64,000 nt of DNA from Eledone cirrhosa (taxonomy: Eukaryota), in NCBI GenBank assembly GCA_964016885.1, contig OZ024741.1, forward strand, positions 90,892,001 to 90,956,000, in the 5' to 3' direction. Numbering within the stretch: position 1 is the first letter of the stretch; the number at the start of each line of letters is the position of its first letter. The position numbers were made by a program, and so were the translations under genes. The notes under the pieces are model-generated. The model saw only the letters and a list, made by a program, of their open reading frames with translations, was not told where the DNA came from and ran no database searches. Shown here in pieces: positions 39,472-64,000 of the stretch.

Positions 39472-39741
39472 GATCCCGCCAGGACTGGATCTATGGTGGT
39501 TCATGGGAATGCGTGATCGGTGAGGGTACAGTTAGTACCCTCATAGACGTCACAAAAACATCAAGAGAGGATTGGTCGAGGGGGGGGGGGAGATTTGAGG
39601 ATTCTTCTCCATTTCAAGCCAGATCAACTCAAGAACATCCCGGATCTTCCCGGAACATCCCGGATCATGTTCGCCTGCTATACAAGTGGTCACTGAGGGC
39701 AGAAGGCCACACTGCTTCGTCTGCAGCAAAGCAACTCATCT
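39284..39741. repeat. Near-perfect inverted duplication (~188-bp arms, 81-bp spacer)
   Basis: 39284-39471 is the reverse complement of 39553-39741. Confidence 0.9.
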
Positions 39742-39894
39742 TTTGCGCATGTGAGACGGGTGCATTATAATGTGGTCCGTTCTACAGGAGGCCACCGAGT
39801 ATTTAATAGCAGAGGCTTGGATTTTGAATGACATCGAAATGGCGCCGAACTGTCTGCCCCTTGCTATATATTCAATGTTTTCTCTGATGCATTT

Positions 39895-40065
39895 CAGTGT
39901 AGTCTCCAGAGAGTGAGAGCTTCATTCTGGCTGCAAAAGACCAGTGTCTCCCAAAGTGTCTCCCAACGCGCAACCTACGAGCCGATGTGATCAGAAATGG
40001 AACTGACCGAAAGTGTCGATTCTGTGATGGGCATGTTGAGACCATAGAACACCTGTGTTGGGCAC
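39895..40065 (+). mobile_element. Continuation of the R4/Dong-like element (zinc finger region)
   Basis: ESESFILAAKDQCL...RKCRFCDGHVETIEHL. Confidence 0.7.
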
Positions 40066-40235
40066 GTGACTGAAAGGACAAAAGACAGACACATCTCCTT
40101 TAGAGACGACAGACTATCTCCTTGGAAGATGTCTCTCTTGATCTTCACTCCTCACAAGGATTCTCCACCTGATATTAGCTATGTCTCCCAAGTCTTCATA
40201 CTATTATTTAATAGATGTCTGATGTTGTCTGCCAC

Positions 40236-40277
<42 letters not shown>

Positions 40278-40620
40278 GGGCGGTGGATTGGCAGTATCGG
40301 TAGAGGGTCGGACGCCATGCTTTGTAACATAGAGTTGCGACCCTTTATGATCTGAGTTCAAATTCCGCCGAGGTTAACTTTGCCTTTCATCCTTACGGGG
40401 TCGATAAAAGAAACAATTATTATTATTATTAAGGGCAGTGGATTAGCAGTATCGATAGAGCGTCGGAAACCCTGCTTCGCGACATAGAGTTATGGCCCTT
40501 TATGTTCTGAGTTCAAATCCTGCTGTGGTTAGCGTAGCTTTTCATCCTTACGGAGCACTGGGGTAGGTTTAATCACCCAAAATTGCTGGCCTTGTGCCTA
40601 TATAAGAAACCATTATTATT
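40278..40620 (+). mobile_element. Two tandem SINE family 1 copies after an (ATT)n tract
   Basis: GGCGGTGGATTGGCAGTATCGGTAGAG-type heads at 40279 and ~40433. Confidence 0.8.
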
Positions 40621-40714
40621 GCTAACATTGGTACAAGACCAGCAATTTGTAGAGAGAGGTAAGTTGATTAAATCGACTCCAAACCTGGCTGATTCTTTAT
40701 TCTAGTAACACCGA

Positions 40715-41090
40715 AACGTTACGTTACTCCAAAGACCCTTCAGAAGAATCCAATTTCGGCCGCTTGTATTCGTGATCGTATTCTTTCGGTCATTAACCAT
40801 GATTCATGACCATAGGTAAGGGTGAACACGAATACCAGATTGAAGATAGCCTCTTTGACTTTTACACTTACCTCCCTTCTTCTGATTACCGAATGATGAA
40901 GATGGCACATTACTCCACCAGCTCCGACAACTCTTGCACTTAATTCAGCCTCCTGCTTTTCATCATTCGTCAACATGGCCCCGTGATACTTGAACGTCTC
41001 TATCTGGTCTAGCTGAACGCTATTCAAAGGCTTCCTTGAGAAGACGAGTGTCTCCGTCTTCGCAGCACTAAGTTTCATTTCTGGCGCTCC
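40715..41090 (-). mobile_element. RTE-clade (Rex3/Expander-like) RT C-terminal fragment
   Basis: ETFKYHG...LTYGHESWLMTERIRSRIQAAEIGFF. Confidence 0.8.
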
Positions 41091-41267
41091 TGCTAGAGCG
41101 GCTACTTCTCAGAATTAAAAGATCACAGCTCCGATATTACGGAGATGTGTTTAGAATATCTCAGGAAAGAATCGCTGGACAGATTTTACATACAAATCAT
41201 GATGTGTGGGGAAGGGGTTCGCACTTGTCCGTGAACGTTAATACTTCTTTATATTCCTGAGCCAGGT

Positions 41268-41426
41268 AGAAGAAGAAGAAGAAGAAGAAGAAGAAGAAGA
41301 AGAAGAAGAAGAAGAAGAAGAAGAAGAAGAAGAAGAAGAAGAAGAAGAAGAAGAAGAAGAAGAAGAAGAAGAAGAAGAAGAAGAAGAAGAAGAAGAAGAA
41401 GAAGAAGAAGAAGAAGAAGAAGAAGA
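41268..41426. repeat. (GAA)n microsatellite, ~53 units
   Basis: Perfect trinucleotide run. Confidence 0.95.
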
Positions 41427-41977
41427 GTTTTTGTTTTGTTTTTATCAGTATTGATTCGAATAAATACAAACATTACAAAAATGATAAAACATTCAAATTA
41501 TATAACTCCTACATATTTCCCACTCTATCTGCCAACAGACATTACAACAGAAATATTCTGTTTGAATCACTTCCACACCACAACTTTCCTCTTCATCATC
41601 ATCATCATCATCATTAATATTCTTCTTCCTCTTGGTTTTCATTGGCACGATCAGAGTGATAGAACTAGAGAGACCAGTTTTCATTGGTCACCCGGCATAA
41701 ACTTTGGTGTAATCATACACAACATTGCATTCACGTTCTCCTTTAAATACTGGGCTTTTACTCACAGCCTGTCATATTTGTCTTGTCTGTTCACCGGACT
41801 TATTCGGAGAATTTAGTGAGTTCACTTACATACAACTCCTCTGAGAGTGTCTGCGGTGTATATATATATATAACGTCACTGTTCAATACATTGACAGCGT
41901 CACCTCCATACATTCGCAAAGGCAAGTGAACTGGTGATATTTATATATATATACAGAATATATTCAAGATAATCAGC

Positions 41978-54612
<12,635 letters not shown>

Positions 54613-54846
54613 ATTACATAAAATTTAATGTTTAATAATCCAATTAATCACCAGGTAATACAAGAATATGAATAATGTATACAAAGAACGTGTTTATGTA
54701 TAAACAACTTTTTCTGAATAATTTAAATAATTTACTCTGTGATTTTAGGATAGAAATTCTGTCCATTATTCTTCTTGGAATATTTACAACCTGCTATATG
54801 CAATACTAAAGAAAAACAAATATGTATTCCACAGCTAAGACAAATC

Positions 54847-54871
54847 AATAAAGTTATCAAAATGAAATAAA
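54847..54871 (+). terminator. Candidate polyadenylation signals
   Basis: AATAAA at 54847 and 54866, followed by a GT/T-rich tract near 54900. Confidence 0.5.
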
Positions 54872-55637
54872 TAAAATACCAGATTAGTTTCATAAAAATC
54901 TTCTTGTGTTATTTATATGTTCTATGACTTAATTCCTCAAGTAGTTTGTGTGGGGTCTTCAAAAACCTAACAAACATATAGTTATTGCATATCATGGTGA
55001 ACTATCAGAGTCATTAGAGCAGATGACAAAATGCCTTTGTGGTATTTGTTCCAAATCTCTGCACCATGATTTCAATCCTGCCAAAATTAGATTTGCCTTT
55101 CCTCCTTTTGGAGTCAATAAAATAAAATACCGGTCCAAGGCAGTGTATTGGCAGAATTGTTAGAATGTCACATGTAACGCGTTGTAATATTTCTTCTGAG
55201 TTCAAAACCCTTATATGATCTACATGGGGGATAAATATAATCTGTCCCCTTGTTTAACACCATGACCTGACCATTAGCTACGTTTAACAATATCCAAGAT
55301 GTTGCATTAGACCAGTTCTCCAATTTGAGAATATTTTCCTACTTCCCTGCCACCACTCACTGGATATAGAATGCCTGAGAGAACATGATAGTTAAGTCTA
55401 TTTAATCACTTTGATCATATGTTGCTGGATCAGTGTTAAGTTGGAGCTAAACAACCATAACAAACTACCTTTTAGAATAAGGTAAAATAAGAATCAGGAA
55501 GAACCTTGTTGAGTCATCTATAAAAAGTATAAAATATCCTGTCTTGAGTCATGACCAGATTTACACTTTTGGGGCCCTGGGGAAGTTCAGGTTTATATAA
55601 AAGCTCCTTATATAAAAATTTTACACACACACACACA

Positions 55638-55673
<36 letters not shown>

Positions 55674-55718
55674 CACATATACATATATATGTACATATAT
55701 ATATATACATACATATAC

Positions 55719-55818
<100 letters not shown>

Positions 55819-56383
55819 TTCTTTCTGTCTTTCTTCTTATAGCTGACATTAACCCTGATTTCACTTCTTCTTCCTGTTCTTCCTTCCCCCTTCTTCTCTC
55901 TTCTTTTTTTCTTTCTTTCTTTTTCTTGTGGCATGATATTAACGCTGACTTATGTTCCTATCCCTTTCTGTTTTCCTTTATTTGACCGGTAGTAGCACAC
56001 TATAAGCTTTAGCCACGTCACTTGAGGGCGACCGGCAAAGGTGGAAGTTGCTGGATGGCGGTCGCCCTCATGTCTTTGATTTTCAGCCCCATGGATTTTA
56101 TCTATTACATTCACTTATTATATTTCGAATACCTGATGATATCACCTGATTCATACGGAACCCGGTCATTGAAATGTTCATAGTATAATAAACCTTTCAA
56201 GGATTTACACAAGTCCAGCCTCCTGTCATTTCATCATAATTATATATATATTATTGCACCAACGTGAGGTATATGATTTTTAATGCAATGAAATATCTAT
56301 GATCGTTGGCAAATCACTGATGAGGGACTCATTTTATAACATGTTATCCATGTGCAACCTGCAGTATTCTTCTCCCCATTTTG

Positions 56384-56423
<40 letters not shown>

Positions 56424-57199
56424 CAGAATATTAATAAATGAAGACATTCACATAATCAAAATATATGTTTTATTATATATATTTCGAAGGTACTGTGCTG
56501 TTTTTTTCAGTACGTCTTCGTCAGATAAAATACATGAATTGATGTATGACATACTTCAATGGTCTTGATGGTTCAATTCCAGTATTGGCAGTGATTTATT
56601 ACAACAAATCTCAACATTTATATACCACAAATAATAACATGATAAACTTAAATTTAATGAAGAAGAGGATGTGGAGCGAGATATAAGTATAAGGAGGGGG
56701 TGAGTATGAGGAAATGCAAGAAGAAAATAAACAAATACATACATGCATAAATATTTAAATGCGTAAATCTACGTGTTAGGGAAGAAAAAGAAAGAGAGAG
56801 AGAGATAGAAGAGAGAAGAAGAAAGACGTAACGGCAAAAAAGAAAGAAAAAAGAAAGAAAGAAAGAAAGAGAAATGATGTGTGACCGTTTCTTTCAAATA
56901 TTAAGTCAAATAGAAGCGACCAATTAAATACCATGACATTTTTTAATATCTTTTGTATTTGGTTATGTTTAAGCTAATTATACTAATATATTATATCAAA
57001 ATTAAACAATATAAAAATATTTTCTATAGTAATCAGAAGCATAGTTTAATTAATATATTTAGTAAATATTTTGTTACAATATTTTTTTACAATATTCAAA
57101 AACATTTTTATCTTTAAAGCAAGTTTAAATACCTATTAAATATGTATAAGGATATTTACTAAAATCTATGTATATATCACCATCAGTATATATATTTTA

Positions 57200-57380
57200 T
57201 ATAATTGTTTCTACTTTAGGCACAAGGCCAGCAATTACCCAGTGCATTACTGGTACTTTATTTTATCGACCCCGTAAGGATGAAAGTCAAAGTGAACCTC
57301 GGCGGGATTTGAACTCAGATCGTAAAAGGACGTAACTATGCTGGAAAGCATGGCGTCCGACCCTCTACCGATACTGCCAA
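57200..57380 (-). mobile_element. SINE family 1 copy (more diverged copies at ~55000-55140, 58000-58110, 61850-62050)
   Basis: Nearly identical to 2920-3100. Confidence 0.85.
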
Positions 57381-57646
57381 TGTTAAGAATTATTATCTGA
57401 ATTATTCCAGTTTTATTATAAAATGATTTCAATTCGTTGGTTGTTATTCATTACAGGATTAATTAGTAGTTATATTTACTCTTAAAAGTATTATTATTTC
57501 GATTTTACTTCCGTAATTACATCTTATTATATATAGATTCTCTTTAAGGATTTTCGTATAGTATACGAATAATATTAATAACTCCAGAAAACTTCTATTG
57601 TAAAACTATATTCATTGAGTAAACAATGAACCATATTAATCTTTGG

Positions 57647-57689
<43 letters not shown>

Positions 57690-58182
57690 AATATATTGTA
57701 TGATGTATGTATACAAACAGCAATGTTTTACAGTAGTGAGATCTGGGCGCTGATATATGAGCAAGACAAAGTCACCAAACTTGGCCCTGCTCACAACTGG
57801 ACAACCCGTCTAACCCATGCTAGCGTGGAAGAATGGACGTAAAATGATGATGAGGATGATGGTGATCCCCATCTCCCCCCATAACTGCTTGTGGAGTTGT
57901 AGAGGCACTGTCAAATGGCATGTCTAGGGCACTTTTAAACTTGGCAGAGCCCAACCCTATCCAGGTCGAAAGACAGCCAATTTTTTCTATACAGGAAGAA
58001 TCGACCCCAGTACTAGACTGGTACTTTTTTTAGCGACATCGAAAGGATGAAAGGCAAAGTAGACTCCAGTGGGATTTGAACTCAGAGCGTGCAATGAGGT
58101 GGGACAAATACCATTAATGACTGTCAATTCGTCACCTATATATTATATTATATTACATATATTTATATATGATGAAGATCAT

Positions 58183-58255
<73 letters not shown>

Positions 58256-59657
58256 AATGATGATGATGATAATCATCATCATCGTTGTCATTTTAACGTC
58301 CACTTTCCCTGCTAGCAAAGTTTGGACAAGTCTAGATAAAACAAGTCATTCCGGAATAGGTGGCTACCAATCTCACAGACAACCCAGGAATCTATCGTTT
58401 CGCTTATGTATGGTCTCACATTCTCCCTAGTACACTGGGGAAATGTTCATGACTTTGTAACAACTAAGGGTTCTCCCAACCCTTTGTTTGGTAAGCTTAC
58501 TATGGCTGTATGAACTTCCTAAAACCAACCACTTTACAGCCTGTACTAGGTGCATTTATCTGTAGATCACAAAAACGCTAGGGAGTGTCAAGCTTTCTCA
58601 CAATGAAGGATCCTCCTGGCCCTTTGTTTGGGTAACTTTCTGCAGCTGGATGCTCTTCCCATCAACAACCATTTCACAAGCAGCTAGGGGTGTGTGTGAG
58701 GAGGAAGCATGGGATGTGAGGGTTGTAGTAGTGTCGAGGATAGCTGTTGGTGAGCTATGGAAGAAGGAGAGGTCAGGCCAAATTGTATGTTGCAGGTTGG
58801 GTCTCCATTAGAACAACACAGCACCAACCCTCACGATCTTTAATCATTTCTGTTGTGAGGGTTAGTTTAAGGTCAGCCTTCACAACCTCTTCCCTTGTAT
58901 TCCTTGATTTTCCTCTTCTATGGCTTCAAACCATTGGGGCTTCTCTGCATTTCTTTATGCAGCTGTTATCTTCCATGTGCATCACCAATGCAGTCTTCTC
59001 TCTTGCACACTACATCCAATTCCTCTTATGCCAAGTTTTTCTCTCAGTTTGCTTATGCTATGTTAATATAACACATCCATCAGAGTATACTTGACTTATT
59101 CCTTTCTAGCCTTCACAGGTCTTTAGCAATGAAGGCCCATGTAACATTTCAGTTTGCACACAGTCATCATACAGTCTACCCTTCTCTCTGAGAGAAAAGC
59201 ATTTTTGTGCTTTCTCTCCAAAAAAATATTTTTCTCTTTCTTTCTCTTCTCACTATCTACCTTTCTACTTTATGTTTTATTTCACATTCTATCTTCTGAA
59301 GGAAGACTAATTTCGGAGACTTTTAGGCTCTTTAACTTATTATATCATTATATTAAGCATTAAACTATTATGTATCTCCATTGTACTGCATTGTTTTGCT
59401 GATGATCATTCTATTATATTGAAAGATATATATAAAATTAAATAGATTTTTTAAAAACCTGCAGGCATCAATCAAGAGTTTTGAAACATTAAATTTAATT
59501 CATTTAAACAAAACATAGTTACAATAACAAATTGGATGCACCGGAAAACATTATTTTAGCTGAATGTTTTGAATACAATAGGGCATATTTAACCCAAGAA
59601 TATCACCACAACGGGTCAACTTAAATCAACAACTTCAGTTTCCAGCTTAATTTTACT

Positions 59658-61340
59658 TTAAAGAATTTTACATGAACTTGAATTATTTACAAATTCATTA
59701 CTTGATTGACTGAGAGGTGGTTCTTCTTTGTTTACATTTTGTTCAGAATTAGATATGTTAGAACTGGAGAATTCACTTTTGTGTATTAGAAGTGGTTTGT
59801 CATTATTGGTGTTTGTACTATCAAGGCTTTCTTCAGTAATACTTTTAGCTACAAAGAAAAAGTTTTAGTGTTATTAGGATGTAAATCGAAACTTGTTAAC
59901 TTATCTTCATGTCAGAAAATATAGTGTATATACCGCAGTACATCTACTGAAAAAAAAATAGTGCAAAATATTCAAAAATATTCAAATGCAAATTTTTTAG
60001 CAAAACTCATATTTTCTTCAAACTCTAGTGTTATAGGAATTTAATGTTTTTATCCATTTCTTTTTAGTATCAGCCATATTTCATGTGTATGTACATTCCA
60101 AAAATATGAGTGAGTTATGTACACATAGCCTTCATGAGAATTTTCAGAACTAATATATATGATTATATCATGCCACAACCATCATCATGCAAATGAAACC
60201 TGTCACACTAGTGGCTGACACATTTGGATTTCTCTACATAAAAAGGGAATTTATTACACAATTCACATGGACAATCCAATGATATTTCATAATATATGAA
60301 ACACAGTTGATAACATCCTTTATTCTTCCATAATAATTCCCTCACTGCCAAATTAAGTGTTAGCCACCAATTCATGTTAAGCCTGCGCTGAGTCCATGAA
60401 AATAGATCTTGAAAACACCCACCAATGGAGTTATGCCAATACTTTTACTTTCTACACCACAAAAGCACAGACACTAGCCATATGAAGAAAACATCATCGT
60501 AACTCATCTACCCTTAAGTATGAGAAACACACAACTAGAGCCACTGCAATCATTTTAAATACTAGGCTTCATAAGCACTTTCATTCTCCTTTGGCAAACA
60601 CACATCTTTAACATGGCTAGGATAACATCTCAAAGCTAATTCTGCTCTTCAGAGTCAGAAAATACTTCAGCTCTCAACAATTACTGGCCCTCTGTCAAGC
60701 TTAGGTGGGACTCACAATAGAATATTGCTCCCATCATGTAAGACAGTGCTGCTACTACCACTCAAGTTATTAGCATAAAGTCTTTCACAGCTATGCTTGT
60801 CTTCTTTTTTTTGTGGCTCATGCAATTTCCACTCCATCCATGCAAGCTCATTCATCTTTCCTCTTCTCACTACTTATTTTGTGTCTCACACCCTAACCAC
60901 TATTCATAGATCTTCCTGCCATGAACATCAGCATGATGGAATTCCTTCCCTGATCACAATTTTCTTTCAGGCATCGACTTGCCACATTTTAAGTACATTA
61001 ACAACATTAATATTATCAGTCTTGGAGGGTTTCTGAAGTCCATGAGCACTAGAAATATTTCTAGGTCACGTCATATTGACACAGCTCATCACTTTCTAAG
61101 CTATACAGCCAGTAGAAATTGCACAGCTCCAGTTCATTTTACAATACTGCCAATACATACAGCTTTGAGTTCTTAACTTTACCATACAGATCCCTATTTA
61201 CCTTTCTCCTGTGAAATTAGTTGAAGGTTTGCATCTATTTGATGTTTATTTGTGGATTCCAGTAAACATTTTATCAACTTCAAAGAGAGATTCTTTTTCT
61301 GGTGCTTTTCAGCTAATTCAATCATCTGTTTCATAGCATT
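59658..61340 (-). CDS. Possible last two exons of an unidentified gene: 61202..61340 and 59658..59848
   Basis: Good acceptors (TTTTCAG, TTTGTAG), a GTAAAT donor and compatible phase 1. The joined frame is open: NAMKQMIELAEKHQKK..QEK-AKSITEES..CKIL*. No recognisable domain, and upstream exons are unresolved. Confidence 0.35.
60450..61000 (+). mobile_element. Degenerate CR1-like LINE fragment
   Basis: LFRVRKYFSSQQLLAL..IEYCSH resembles the CR1 post-RT region. Confidence 0.55.
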
Positions 61341-64000
61341 CTGAAAATGAAATATCAATCTTAAAACTTACAACTTCAACTTAATATAAATACTGCGGGA
61401 TATTTTGTTCAGTTCTCTATTAATACTGACATTAACCAGCCTCCTGAATGTATTAAAATTCCATCTGTGAATTTTAAAGGATTATGCTGATAATGTTTCT
61501 TTTTGTTGTATGGTTTTCCAAACTGTATAATTTTAATTTTGAACATTGGAACAAGATCAGTTAGGTAACAGTTAGGTAACTTTACCACAGTACATTATAG
61601 CTGTGGATCACAAACTGACAAAATAATGGCTACTCCCCAATAATTTTCTCTTCAAACCTATAACAATGAAAACATTTGTCATGCTGGCTCCCCAAACTCC
61701 TTCCCTAATCAGTTTAATTCAGTTAGATGTGACCATCCATGATATTGAACCCAGTGAGGTGGAATGTCTCTTTCAGTGCATTTCCCTTGCCATTCTTTGT
61801 GGTAACACATTTGTTATTTTATCCACTGAAACTACAAAATATAATTCTTGCTAAAATTGGTATAAGGCCAGTAATTTGGAAGAAGAGGAATGTCAATTAT
61901 ATCAACCTCAGTACTTAACTGGTACTTAATGTTATCAATCATAGAAGGATGAATGGCAAAGTAGGCCCCAGCAGGATTTAAACTCAGAAGGTAAAGAACC
62001 GCAACCAAATAATATGAAGCATTTTGCCCAGTGCACTAACAATTCTGCCAATCTAGGGCCCGTATCATATTTACTGTTAAAAACATAATTGATATTTATC
62101 ACGTGACCAAAACAAGATGGATAAATAATAAAGGTGATCATGGAAGGAATTAAATATATTGCATGAAATGATCCCTTGACCTGACTAGGTGGGTGGAACA
62201 TGGAGTAAGAAAGGACTCAGATTGTAACAACCCTTTCAACTGATATCAGCATGGAAAGCAAATATAGAATGGTGATGATGACATACATTCTGACCTGTTT
62301 TATAATCTATTTGAATATGTTTCAACTTTTGTGACCAATAAAGACATTTTTATTATCATTACTTTTAAAAAAGGATGGGGAATTGGCAGTGACAGTAAAG
62401 CGGACAAAATGCTTTGCATGGCTTCTCAGTCGTAGTCAAGGCTACTAAACAAATCCTATAGAATACAAAAAAGTTTCAGACAGAGGATGCACTATAACCC
62501 ATCTTGGAGAGCAGCTAATCTGAATAAACACTGATATAAATTAGAGAGGACACTTAATAGAGGCAACTTATATTCTCATCTGCCTTTAAACTGTCATTGT
62601 CTCCTTGGTAAGCCCTCCTACACCTTACATCCTGGAGACAACAATTATTCCCAGAGACATTACACTCACACTTTGAGGCTTCTGATACCAGTCTTTGCAT
62701 CATTAAGGAATATGGTTTCCCAATTATAGTGAATGCCACCCATCTCGAAATTTAGGCATTTCAAATAAACTCAACAATATATAAAAAGACTTCTACCCTA
62801 ACCTCTTCGAAGTTATGTAAACTCTACAAGCTGCAACAAGGGTAACACATCATCATTATCATCTTTTAACATCCGTTTTCCCTGCTAGCAAGGGTTGGAC
62901 AGATCATCAAAGGCCAAGATAGTAGTGAATCAGTGCTGCTAGTCTCTCAGTTAAGCCAGGTGTTAGACATTCTGCTTACATACATTCCTGCACTCTATAG
63001 ATTGAACTGGCAGCACTAAGGAACCTGACATGTCTTTGACAACCTTTTGTTTCACATGTTTTCTAACTGTAAGCCCTTTCTAAAACCAACTATCTTATAG
63101 AATGTACAGGGTGTGTTTTATCATGGTACCAACACTAGGGAGGTTGTCATGCAATTGACACAACTGGCATAGTATCTGGCTTGGGTAGGATTATTTTTAA
63201 CTAGCAGTAAAGCCCGGTGTTGATCGGGGCTGCTCAGAAGCTGTGTTAAAGTTACAATGTTAAGTTCCTTTCTTGGCTTAAAAACTGTAGAGTCTACAGT
63301 GTAGACTTTCATGTGGTACTTTTGATTAATATTCCCTCAACCAACAGTATGCCTTATGAAGTTAAGAAAACATAACCATAACCCGAATGTTAAAACAAAA
63401 GAGGATGCTGGGGATAAAAACTGCACCGGTAATCTATTAATAAAAATCGAAAATGTAAACACTGCAACACTTGTCTCAGAGAAAAACATCAGCTAACCAA
63501 ACTATCAGTTATTTTGAAACAAAGAAATTGGATGGATATGAAAAACAAAAAAAAAATGCGTTATCTGTCTGTCGTTTAAAATCATTGCTTCTAAATGAAA
63601 ATCTCATAAGGCTTTATTCGAGATTATATATATAGATCAATGCTATTTTTACAAAATATTTGCTTGTTTTACGGTGTATTCAAATAGGCTTGTTTTCAAG
63701 TAAAAATATTGTTTTAAAAGACTTTTTAATGGAAATGAAGCAAAATGGAAGCTTAATGTTGAAACTTCGAACTCATGAATTTTGCAGGTTAAAATTTTGC
63801 TGGTCCGAAAACTGTTTGCGTATTTTTGTACTTTTGCACACGTCGTATATTCGTAACGTAAATAGATAGAATGGCGCCATAAAAGGGAAATAACTCGTCT
63901 CTCGTCTCTATTTATACATTTAAACTGAAAAATCAATACATTGCGAATTCGATTTTTGCACTTGGCGCGGGTCGATTTGAAACTTTTTTTACCGATGTCT

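Noticed and set aside
41197-41473. Poly-F/poly-L ORFs, and poly-R/S ORFs at 52451-52860
   Set aside because: Trinucleotide microsatellites; no coding evidence.
56123-56530. Hammerhead-like cores at 56133, 56317 and ~56516 (also 5138 and 901-990)
   Set aside because: The GAAA is mutated or missing, or stem I does not pair; possibly decayed motifs but not supportable.
63121-63312. 63-aa minus-strand ORF
   Set aside because: It overlaps apparent dispersed repeat fragments, with no convincing splice sites or domain.

Overview
Repeat-rich, AT-rich animal genomic DNA, most likely from an octopod cephalopod (inferred from very dense (TA)n/(CA)n microsatellites and tRNA-derived SINE families). It is not prokaryotic, and most ORF-track entries are microsatellite or antisense artefacts. 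Main contents: (1) A 12-exon plus-strand gene at 41978-54612 that I assembled by hand into a 773-aa secreted protein: signal peptide, MNNL/C2, DSL, 13 EGF repeats and a C-terminal CBM14 chitin-binding domain, with no transmembrane segment. Four of its EGF exons come from a recent ~813-bp exon+intron tandem amplification. (2) L1-Tx1-like LINEs: one full-length copy with a 21-bp TSD, a head-to-tail array of three diverged copies inside one (GATA)n tract, and fragments. They share a covarying 5' UTR double hairpin and splice-site-like motifs bracketing ORF2. (3) A 3.2-kb piggyBac-type element with ~800-bp TIRs carrying a Penelope/Neptune GIY-YIG fragment. (4) Several type I hammerhead ribozyme motifs in Penelope-like remnants. 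(5) CRE, R4/Dong, RTE and CR1 fragments and many SINEs. All calls are by eye; no database searches were run.
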